Assembly (NCBI GenBank): GCA_965223545.1
Contig: OZ245006.1
Span: 6,208,001-6,272,000 of the forward strand
Origin: Planctomycetota bacterium
Lineage (GTDB): Bacteria > Planctomycetota > UBA1135 > UBA2386
Direction: 5' to 3'
DNA: 64,000 bases
How positions within the stretch are numbered: position 1 is the stretch's first letter; each line of letters begins with the position of its first letter. Positions 47,851 through 55,804 of the stretch are shown here, in pieces. Both the position numbers and the translations under genes were made by a program. The notes under the pieces are model-generated. The model saw only the letters and a list, made by a program, of their open reading frames with translations. It made no database searches and had not been told where the DNA came from.

Positions 47851-48250
47851 GAGCCTCCGGCGCCTCGAATCGTCGAGCTTCGACAACATTTTCGAGGCGA
47901 CGTCGCTGCCATGGCGACGTCGCCGCCGCGCCGGAGGCTCGGAGAGACAGTGCCTCCGGGCTCAGCGCGGCGGCGGATGGGTCGGACCTTCCAAGGCGCT
48001 CCGGCAAGAGCGGCATCCGAGTTTGGTTGCGGCCGTGGCCGCGCTGAGCCTCAGGGTCCGCAAATCTTCGCGCGGCGACAACCTTTCGGAAGGCTCGATG
48101 CCGCTGGAACTTCGACAACGCAGCTCCCGGAGGCTCGAAGACAACACTGGCCTCTGGGCTCAGCGCGGCCGCCGGCGACCGCGGGACCCGCGACCGACGC
48201 TCGGGTCGCGGAATGCTCCGTCTTTAGTTGCGGCCTCGGCCGCGCTGAGA
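47851..48250 (+). repeat. Two diverged tandem ~197-bp units, each a ~90-bp element plus a CTCAGCGCGG...CCGCGCTGAG hairpin
   Basis: Elements start at 47851 and 48046; CTCAGCGCGG at 47961 and 48159; linkers homologous. Confidence 0.8.
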
Positions 48251-48261
48251 CACCGTGGCCG

Positions 48262-50637
48262 TCAGGGGCAGATCGACAAATGCAGCGCGTTCGACGCCGA
48301 GATGTCCCCGGCCGCATCGGTGCCGACGACCTGGAAGTACAGATCGACGCCGACCAGCGCCGGATTCGCCGGAATCGGTAGGCCGGCCAACGCCGCCACG
48401 CCGGTCACGCCTGCGGTCACGTTGGCCAGCAGCGCGCCGTTGGTGAGGGCGACGATGTCGAATGCCGGATACGCGACGTAGGTCGGTGCGACGCCCGCGA
48501 GGTAGAACGCTGGCGCTCCCGGCTGCAGACCGGCGGCGGCGAGGTTGACGTTGGTGCCCACCGCGCCGGTGCCGCCGGCTGCCAGCGACAGGGTGTGCTG
48601 GAGCGGGTCGAGGCGGTCGAACGCGCGGAAGCCGCAACCGGCCTCGTTGGGCATGTTGGGGGTCGGCACCGGGAAGGTGACCAACAGCGGGTTGGCGCCG
48701 GCGATGCGGCCGGTCGAGGTGTCGGCGATCTGTGGTCCGAACAGCAGGCTGTCGAGCAGGGTGGTGCCGTCGGTGGCCCACAGCCCGACCTCCTCGCCGG
48801 CGCCGGACAGCTGGAAGGTGGCGTGCAGCGGCCCCTCGGTCGGATCGTTGTCCGCCCAGATCAACAGGGTCTGGCCTGCGCCGATCGTGGTGCCCGCCGG
48901 GATCTGCCACTTGGTGGTGTTGGCGAGGTTGTCGGACAGATACATGCCCGACACGTCGATCGTGGCCGCGCCCTTGTTGTACAGCTCGACGAAGTCCTCG
49001 TAGGACCCGCTGGGGTCGGCGATCACGCTGTTGTTGATGGCCAGCACTTCGCTGATCACGATGTCGCTCGGCGCGGTGCCGCCCGAGAACGGCACGATGA
49101 TCGGGTCGAACTCGGTGCGTTGTGGCTCGTAGCTCTGGCCGCGCGGCGTGTTGTTGGCGACCGCGCCGACGTAGAAGCGCAGCTCGGTGCCGCCGACCCC
49201 CGTGACCGGAAGCAGCGCGCCGTAGACCCCGTCGCCGGCGGCGCCATCGCCCGACATACCGTCATCCGCCATCGTCATGAACGAGTACGGCGCGGTCTGG
49301 GTCGACTGGTAGTACACCCGCACCACGGCGATCGGATCGGTGCCCGTGACCTTCGCCGTCACGTAGATCGGCACGCCCGGCTGGTTGGTGCTGGCCGCGA
49401 CGTTTTGGATCGTCGGTGCGGCGGCCGCGACTTCGGGGTCCGCGAGCAACAGGGCGCGGCGGCGGCCGACGTACTCGCGCAGGCCGACGCGCGGGCCGGA
49501 GAAGAACCCCGACAGAACGACGGTGGATTCGAAGTTCTGCTGAAACTGCGAGTAGGTGTAGATCTTCTTCGGATCGGCCTGCACCGCGCTTTCGATCAGC
49601 GCGCGCCGGGCGGCGAACTCCGCGCTCAGACCGTTGGCCCAGCTGAACTCCGCCATCGCCGCGCGCATGTGAGCAAAGTAGCGCCCGCGCAGGTGGGTGT
49701 TGCTGAGCACGTTGCTGAGGAACGGCTTGTTGCTGCGCGCGAAGTTGTGGTCCGGCTGCCAGTTGTCCTCGGTCCAGGTCTCGTTGCCGTCGGTCTGGTG
49801 CAGATGCATGCGGCCGTCGACCGGGTTGCGGTACATCACGAAGTCGCAGCCCTTGTTGATGTAGCTGTCGTCGTCGGAGTAGAGGTTCTCCAGGACCACC
49901 GCCCAGATCGAAGGGTCGACGGCGAACACCTGATCGACCAGGGGCCAGTTCGCCGGCGGCGTGTTGCTCACGGCGTTGCAGACCGCGATCAGCTCATTGA
50001 CCGGGTTGGCGAGGCCACCGGTGCTCTTGATCTCGTACTGGCGGTAGTTGCGCGGATCGGTGCCGAAGTACTGCAGTCCCGGCCCGTTGGGGTTGTTGGC
50101 GCACTTGACGCGCATGCCGTCCTCGTCCTCGAACCACTGGCGCAGGACCTCCTTGCCGTACTGCTGGATGTTGGCGTAGACGCCCCAGTTGGCGCCGTTG
50201 AGGGTGACGACGACGTGGTTGGCGCGTCCGCTCGGGATCCAGCGCGCCAGGATGTTGTGGAACACCACCTCGCGGCAGAAGGTCGGGTCGAGGAAGCAGT
50301 TGTTGAAGTTGAGGGTGTCCTGCCCCATGACGCGCTGGTTGGGGTCGACGAAGTCGACGGCCACGTTGAGCGACACCTTCTGCGAGCCCGACGGCAGCGC
50401 CGTGTAGGAGGTGTTGCCGCGAATGCGCACGCCGACGCTGGGGTAGACCACGCCGTCGACCGTGAGGTCGGCGAGGATGTTCGTCTGCGAACGGTAGTTT
50501 TGCTGCAGGAGGGTCCACCAGTTGGTGTCGTGGAACTGCAGGTCCACCGTGCGCAGGATGTTGACGTCGTAGAAGTCCTGCGCGCGCGGCGGCGCGGTCC
50601 AGGTCAACAAGGCGATGGCGATGAGCAGCGTTCGCAT
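48262..50637 (-). CDS. Secreted CotH-kinase-family protein with lamin-tail domain and shared C-terminal domain
   Basis: VGVRIRGNTS, WGVYANIQQ (CotH); IVISEVLAIN...DFVELYN...MYLSD (LTD); C-terminal LPIPANPALVGVDLYFQ...SASNAL. Confidence 0.9.
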   Translation of the reverse strand: MRTLLIAIALLTWTAPPRAQDFYDVNILRTVDLQFHDTNWWTLLQQNYRSQTNILADLTVDGVVYPSVGVRIRGNTSYTALPSGSQKVSLNVAVDFVDPNQRVMGQDTLNFNNCFLDPTFCREVVFHNILARWIPSGRANHVVVTLNGANWGVYANIQQYGKEVLRQWFEDEDGMRVKCANNPNGPGLQYFGTDPRNYRQYEIKSTGGLANPVNELIAVCNAVSNTPPANWPLVDQVFAVDPSIWAVVLENLYSDDDSYINKGCDFVMYRNPVDGRMHLHQTDGNETWTEDNWQPDHNFARSNKPFLSNVLSNTHLRGRYFAHMRAAMAEFSWANGLSAEFAARRALIESAVQADPKKIYTYSQFQQNFESTVVLSGFFSGPRVGLREYVGRRRALLLADPEVAAAAPTIQNVAASTNQPGVPIYVTAKVTGTDPIAVVRVYYQSTQTAPYSFMTMADDGMSGDGAAGDGVYGALLPVTGVGGTELRFYVGAVANNTPRGQSYEPQRTEFDPIIVPFSGGTAPSDIVISEVLAINNSVIADPSGSYEDFVELYNKGAATIDVSGMYLSDNLANTTKWQIPAGTTIGAGQTLLIWADNDPTEGPLHATFQLSGAGEEVGLWATDGTTLLDSLLFGPQIADTSTGRIAGANPLLVTFPVPTPNMPNEAGCGFRAFDRLDPLQHTLSLAAGGTGAVGTNVNLAAAGLQPGAPAFYLAGVAPTYVAYPAFDIVALTNGALLANVTAGVTGVAALAGLPIPANPALVGVDLYFQVVGTDAAGDISASNALHLSICP

Positions 50638-50733
50638 GGGGCGCTAGCGTAGCCGATGCAGCGATCGGGCCGGAGGGGGGCGCGTGCCGGTCGCCGGTTG
50701 TTACGATTTCGCGAAGCCATCGCGCCCTCGGCC

Positions 50734-52302
50734 ATGCCCCCACCCCGATTCGACAATCGCTTCACGCGCTCGCTGCCCGCCGACCCGGATCCGACCAACC
50801 GGCCCCGGCAAGTCCGCGGTGCGTGTTTTTCCCGAGTGCGGCCCGTAGTGCCGCGCGCGCCGGCGCTGGTGGCGTGGGCTCGTGAGGTCGTCGACGACCT
50901 CGGCATGGACGAGGCCGACCTGCAGGCGTGGGCCGACGTCTGGGCCGGCGGGCGCGTGCTGCCGGAGATGGATTGCCACGCGATGTGCTACGGCGGCCAT
51001 CAGTTCGGGCAGTGGGCGGGGCAGCTCGGCGACGGCCGGGCGATCAACCTCGGCGAGGTCGTCGACCGGCGCGGTGAGCTGCAGATGCTGCAGCTCAAGG
51101 GCGCGGGGCCGACGCCGTACTCGCGCGGTGCCGACGGGCTCGCGGTGCTGCGCTCCTCGGTGCGCGAGTTCTTGTGCAGCGAGGCGATGCATCACTTGGG
51201 CGTGCCGACGACCCGGGCGCTGAGCCTCTGCTTGACCGGCGAGGACGTGCTGCGCGACATGTTCTACGACGGCCGGCCGGAGTACGAGCCCGGTGCGGTG
51301 GTGTGCCGCGTGGCGCCGTCGTTTCTGCGCTTCGGCAGCTACGAGCTGCCGGCGGCGACCGGTCAACGCGAGCTGTTGGCCGCGCTCTGTGACTACACCA
51401 TCCGCCATCACTTCCCCGCCCTCGGCGAACCCTGCCCAGAGGTCTACGCCGAGTGGTTTGCGGTGGTGTGCCAGCGCACTGCCGAGCTGGTCGTGCACTG
51501 GCAGCGGGTCGGCTTCGTGCACGGCGTGCTGAACACCGACAACATGTCGATCCTGGGGCTGACGATCGACTACGGTCCGTACGGTTGGATCGATGATTAC
51601 GATCCGGACTGGACGCCCAACACGACGGATGCGCAGGTGCGCCGCTACCGTTTTGGCCAGCAGGGTCGCGTCGCCCAGTGGAACCTCGCGCAGCTGGGCA
51701 ACGCGCTCGCTCCTCTGCTGCCCTCGGTCGAGCCGCTGCAGGCCGCGCTCGACGACTACCGCCTGCGTTTCGAGCGGCGCTACCTCGAGATGATGACGCG
51801 AAAGCTCGGGCTGCTCCGCTGCGATGCCGACCGGGATCGCGCGCTGATCGAGCAGCTGGTGGGGCTGTTGACGTCGGTCGAGACCGACATGACTCTCTTC
51901 TTCCGGCAACTGGCGGAGATCCCGCTCGCCGCTCTGGCGCGCGGCGAGGGCGAGCAGCTCGAGGCGGCCTACTACGTTCCGCAGCAGCTCGACGAAGCGG
52001 CGCTCTTGCAGCGGCGCGAGTTCTTGATGGCCTACGCCGCGCGCGCCGGGCGGGATGCCGGCAGCGACGAGGGGCGCAAGCTGCGCATGGACTCGGTCAA
52101 TCCGCGCTACGTCATGCGCAACTACCTCGCCCAGCAAGCCATCGATCGGGCCCTCGAAGATGATTTCGATGGGATCGCGGAGCTGCTGGAGGTGATGCGA
52201 CGGCCGTACGAGGACCAACCGCGGTTCGCGAGCTACGCGGCCAGGCGGCCGGACTGGGCGCGCAACCGACCGGGGTGCTCGCAGCTGTCGTGCAGCTCGT
52301 GA
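50734..52302 (+). CDS. selO: Protein adenylyltransferase SelO/YdiU
   Basis: YGGHQFG, LGDGRA, QLKGAGPTPYSRGADG, HGVLNTDNMS, IDYGPY; ends CSQLSCSS. Confidence 0.95.
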   Translation: MPPPRFDNRFTRSLPADPDPTNRPRQVRGACFSRVRPVVPRAPALVAWAREVVDDLGMDEADLQAWADVWAGGRVLPEMDCHAMCYGGHQFGQWAGQLGDGRAINLGEVVDRRGELQMLQLKGAGPTPYSRGADGLAVLRSSVREFLCSEAMHHLGVPTTRALSLCLTGEDVLRDMFYDGRPEYEPGAVVCRVAPSFLRFGSYELPAATGQRELLAALCDYTIRHHFPALGEPCPEVYAEWFAVVCQRTAELVVHWQRVGFVHGVLNTDNMSILGLTIDYGPYGWIDDYDPDWTPNTTDAQVRRYRFGQQGRVAQWNLAQLGNALAPLLPSVEPLQAALDDYRLRFERRYLEMMTRKLGLLRCDADRDRALIEQLVGLLTSVETDMTLFFRQLAEIPLAALARGEGEQLEAAYYVPQQLDEAALLQRREFLMAYAARAGRDAGSDEGRKLRMDSVNPRYVMRNYLAQQAIDRALEDDFDGIAELLEVMRRPYEDQPRFASYAARRPDWARNRPGCSQLSCSS

Positions 52303-52315
52303 GCGCGGTGGCGCA

Positions 52316-52424
52316 GACGCCAGTGTTGTCTTCGAGCCTCCGGGAGCTGCGTTGTCGAAGTTCCAGCGACAACGAGCCTTCCGAAAGGTTGTCGCCGCGC
52401 GAAGATTCTCGGACCCGGACGCTC
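52316..52424 (-). repeat. ~90-bp structured intergenic repeat, subtype B, with flank
   Basis: GAGCCTCCGGG (52334) and CCCGGACGCTC (ending 52424) inverted termini; near identical to the reverse complement of 48045-48155. Confidence 0.85.
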
Positions 52425-53028
52425 AGGAATGGGGAGGTGCCGCCTTCCCGCGCGGCTTGGGATAGGCACCGCAGAACAGCCGGAAAGTGCGGCCCTCGGG
52501 CGCGCGCTCGTCGTGGTACTTCGCCACCAGCGCGGCGACCGCGGCATTGAGTTCTTCGGCGAACGCGTGCCGCGACGTCGGGTCCGCGAACCGCAGCTCG
52601 ACCTCGATCGACAGCGTCGCCAGTCGTTGGCCGGCGGCCTCCGCGCCGGCTTGCAGGACGCCGAGCTCGTGCACGGTCCGCGAGGCCAGTGCGACCTGAT
52701 AGGCGGCCGAGAAGCGATCGCGCACCGATTCGGGCGAGCTGCCGAGCGCGCCGAGCGCCGCCGTCGAGATCGCGTAGGCGTCGCCGCTGCGCTGGTACAG
52801 GCGCTCGACGACGCTGCCGCGGCGCCGCTCGGCAACGACGCGGATCAGCTTGCGCTGTTCGAGCTCGTGCAGGTGGTAGTTGATCCGTTGTCGCGGGGCG
52901 CCGATGCGCGCGGCGACGGTGGCGGCGCTGGCGGGCTCGCCGAGCTGCTCCAGGAGCTGAAGGCGGGTCGGATGCAGCAGGGCCTGCGCCCGCCCGGCCT
53001 CGCCGATCACCTCCACGGCGGCGCTCAT
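52423..53028 (-). CDS. ArsR-like winged-helix transcriptional regulator
   Basis: ALLHPTRLQLLEQL, RQRINYHLHELE, ERRRGSVVERLY. Confidence 0.88.
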   Translation of the reverse strand: MSAAVEVIGEAGRAQALLHPTRLQLLEQLGEPASAATVAARIGAPRQRINYHLHELEQRKLIRVVAERRRGSVVERLYQRSGDAYAISTAALGALGSSPESVRDRFSAAYQVALASRTVHELGVLQAGAEAAGQRLATLSIEVELRFADPTSRHAFAEELNAAVAALVAKYHDERAPEGRTFRLFCGAYPKPRGKAAPPHS

Positions 53029-53885
53029 GAGCTCGCGGTCTCCCACCGTCCCGCGTCGACTCCGTCGAACAGCTCCAGCAGTAGCTGCTCGAACTGGCCG
53101 GCGAGCCGGGCGATCTCGCCGGCTGGCCGCTGGTACGCGCCCAGCTGGAGCCAGGCCGTCGGGGTGCCACCGCAGTCCTCGACGCAGAGCCGAAGGAACG
53201 CGCCGCCGTGGCTGTCGGCGATCCCGTTGAACTCGTGCGCGCGGCAGGCCAGCACGGTGCCGGCAAAGGTCTCGCCAGCCGCGGTCGTGAAGCGAAATGG
53301 CGCCCCCTCGGCTGCGCCTGCCACGGCGTCGGCACAGCGCAGGCCGCGATCGCCGATCAGCCGCTGCCAGCTCTTGTCGAGGTCCGGTGCGGTGGCGGTG
53401 CGCAAGACGAGCTGGCGGTCGTGGCCTCGATGCCGCTCGAGGTAGAGCTGCAGCGAGCCGAGCTCGACGGGCCAGCCCCGGCTGATGCCGTCGTACTCCC
53501 GGTCGAAGTCGGCCTCCGGTCCAAAGCCCGAGTGCACCAGCCGGAGAGTCGTGCTGCCGCCTTCGCCCGCCAGGTGGAAGTCGATGAACAGCGGCACCGG
53601 CTTGCCGTCGGCGCCCGTCGCCGGGCCGTCGTAGCGGGTGCGCAGGTGTCGACCCGGCTGCCAACGCTCGATGGTCTGGCGCCAGCGGTACGCGTCGCCC
53701 CACTGCCAGAGCACGTGGCCACCGGCCTCGGGGACGACCTCGCACTGCGGCGCGAACCAGCGCTGCAGCTCTTGTGCCGTGCTGATCGCGGCCCAGACCG
53801 CGGCGGGCGGCGCCTGGATCTCGAGTTCGTGCACGAACTCGCGTTGGGCCTGGGAAGCGGGTCGGGAGGACTGTTGGTCTCGCAT
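53025..53885 (-). CDS. SRPBCC/AHSA1-domain protein
   Basis: IQAPPAAVWAAIS...RWFAP, TTLRLVHSGF, GWPVELGSL. Confidence 0.88.
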   Translation of the reverse strand: MRDQQSSRPASQAQREFVHELEIQAPPAAVWAAISTAQELQRWFAPQCEVVPEAGGHVLWQWGDAYRWRQTIERWQPGRHLRTRYDGPATGADGKPVPLFIDFHLAGEGGSTTLRLVHSGFGPEADFDREYDGISRGWPVELGSLQLYLERHRGHDRQLVLRTATAPDLDKSWQRLIGDRGLRCADAVAGAAEGAPFRFTTAAGETFAGTVLACRAHEFNGIADSHGGAFLRLCVEDCGGTPTAWLQLGAYQRPAGEIARLAGQFEQLLLELFDGVDAGRWETASS

Positions 53886-53924
53886 CGGGTTGGCCTTCAA
53901 AGAAGAAGAAGAGTGGGGATGAAA

Positions 53925-53980
53925 CCGACAAAACATTTTGTCGGCCAGGGTGTCAAGTGCCGACAAACAATTTTGTCGGC
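53925..53980 (-). promoter_or_regulatory. Two operator palindromes flanking a TTGACA -35 box
   Basis: CCGACAAAA-CA-TTTTGTCGG (53925-53944) and GCCGACAAA-CAAT-TTTGTCGGC (53959-53980); TTGACA on minus strand at 53956-53951. Confidence 0.75.
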
Positions 53981-54057
53981 CGATCGGGAGTTCCCTTGCC
54001 TCGGGGCCTTCGGCGAGACTCGTGGCGTTGCCGGCGCCCAGCCCAGCGAAGACTGTC

Positions 54058-55776
54058 ATGCCGATGATCCGAACTCCGTTCCGTCCTCGCCCGGCCAAGC
54101 GTGGATGCCGCTTCTGGTCTGCCGCATGGCTCTTGCTCGCCGCAGGGCTGGCCGGCCAACAGCCGCAGGTCGAGCCGAATCCCAAAGAGGAAGCGGCTCC
54201 CGAGGTGCCCGTGGCCCGGCCCTTGTTCGAGCTCCACCTGGCGGCTCCCGCCGCCTGGCGGGCGGCGTTCCTGCCGACCAACCTCGGCGCGATGCTGGCG
54301 GGCAAGGACACGCAGCCGATCGTCGGCCTGCTGCGCGGCGGCATCACTGCCGCGCTCGCGCCGGCCGGCGGCGACTCCGCCTTGGCCGCGCTCATGCAGC
54401 ACGAGGGCGCGCTCGACTTGGCGGTCGCGATGCGCGGCGAGCGCGCTCACGTGGTGCTCCGTTGGGAAGCGGGCGCGCAGTCGGAGGTCAAGCCCGTGGT
54501 CGACCTGCTCACCGAGGCGATGCGCGCGCTCGGCGAGCCGCAAGAAGTCGCGTCCCCTCTCGGGGCGCTGGCGACCGTCGCCGCTGCCGATGATGTCGCG
54601 ACGTTGCCGTTCTCGCGGGAGGGCGACGTCTTGGTCGTGATGGCGGTCGGGTCTCACGCGGCCGACGAGGGGGAGGCCGGCCTCGACCTGGAGACCGCGT
54701 TCGCGGTCCACGACCGATGGCGCCGCGAGCGGCGTTCGCCGGTCGCGCCTCCTCTGCGGGCGACGTTGGACTTGCCACAGCTGGTCGACCACGCGGTGAG
54801 CGAGTTCGGCTCGTTCGTCGATGCGGCGGCGCTGCGGCGATGGCTCGGCGGTGACACGCTCGGCGCGCTGCACGTCTCGCTGGCCGCGGCCGGGCCACAG
54901 CTGCAGCTGGAGCTCAGCACCCAATTCGGCGGCGGTGATCGCGGTGTGTTCGAGGCGGTGTTTCCCGACGCGCAGGGAGTGCCGGCCGTCCTCGGCGTCG
55001 TGCCGCCGGACTGCCGCGCCTACCGGGTCGGGCAGCTGCGGCTCGATGTGTTGTACGAATCGTTGGTGACCTTCTACGACGAGAGCGAAGAGGATCGGGA
55101 TCGCGCCACCATCGAGAGCGAGATGCGCGACAGCTTCGGGGTCGACCTCGGCGAGGATCTCCTGCGCCACCTGACCGGCGAGATCGCCCTGCTCTGGGGG
55201 CCGGGAGAGCGGCTGGAGATCGAGAACCTGTTCGACAACTTGGTGATCGTGCTGCCGATCGCCAACGCCGAGGCGTTTGCCCGAGCGTGGCGGGTCGTCG
55301 TGCCGGAGTTCAGCCCCGGCCGCGACTGGCAGCACTCGGAACGGGACGGCATCGAGTTCGACGCCGGCCACACGTGGTCGGGCGACTGGATGTGCTTCGC
55401 GCGCGCGCCGGAGATGCTGTGCGTCGGTCTGACGGACGGTGCCCGGGAGCTGCTCGAGCAGGTCCTCGACCGGCGCTCGGCGGAGGCTCCGGCCGAGCTG
55501 CCCCCGCCGTGGCCCGCTCTGCAACCCCACGCGCCGCGCGGGCTCAACGGCCTCGCCGAGACCGACGTGCGCGCCGTGCTCTCCGGCCCGTTGGCGCTGC
55601 TCTTCGAGCTGCTGGACGAAGGGGTGCCGCCCGAACTCGGCATCGACCTCGACCCGGAGGCGGCGGTCGGCGCCATCGATCGGTGGTGGCCCCTGCTGCA
55701 GCGGCATGCGCTGGACCGAGCGCAGACGATGACGGGCTATCGCGACGGTAGATGGGTGTTTCGCGTGTACTGGTGA
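54058..55776 (+). CDS. Secreted hypothetical protein (possibly DUF3352-like)
   Basis: Signal-like N-terminus; FGVDLGEDLLRHLTGEIALL pattern. Confidence 0.65.
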   Translation: MPMIRTPFRPRPAKRGCRFWSAAWLLLAAGLAGQQPQVEPNPKEEAAPEVPVARPLFELHLAAPAAWRAAFLPTNLGAMLAGKDTQPIVGLLRGGITAALAPAGGDSALAALMQHEGALDLAVAMRGERAHVVLRWEAGAQSEVKPVVDLLTEAMRALGEPQEVASPLGALATVAAADDVATLPFSREGDVLVVMAVGSHAADEGEAGLDLETAFAVHDRWRRERRSPVAPPLRATLDLPQLVDHAVSEFGSFVDAAALRRWLGGDTLGALHVSLAAAGPQLQLELSTQFGGGDRGVFEAVFPDAQGVPAVLGVVPPDCRAYRVGQLRLDVLYESLVTFYDESEEDRDRATIESEMRDSFGVDLGEDLLRHLTGEIALLWGPGERLEIENLFDNLVIVLPIANAEAFARAWRVVVPEFSPGRDWQHSERDGIEFDAGHTWSGDWMCFARAPEMLCVGLTDGARELLEQVLDRRSAEAPAELPPPWPALQPHAPRGLNGLAETDVRAVLSGPLALLFELLDEGVPPELGIDLDPEAAVGAIDRWWPLLQRHALDRAQTMTGYRDGRWVFRVYW

Positions 55777-55804
55777 CGCGGCGTCGGCGGTACCATCGCG
55801 GGCC

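Noticed and set aside
47851..48250. CRISPR array
   Set aside because: Only two long diverged units, no identical 25-45 bp repeats with regular spacers, no cas genes.
52300..52330. Sec read-through at the selO TGA
   Set aside because: The protein already ends in the family-typical CSS, no GGTC-loop hairpin lies at a suitable distance, and the downstream sequence is the repeat element.
15464..52424. Integron attC sites as identity of the 90-bp repeats
   Set aside because: No RYYYAAC...GTTRRRY ends, mixed orientations, flanking genes mostly convergent, no integrase.
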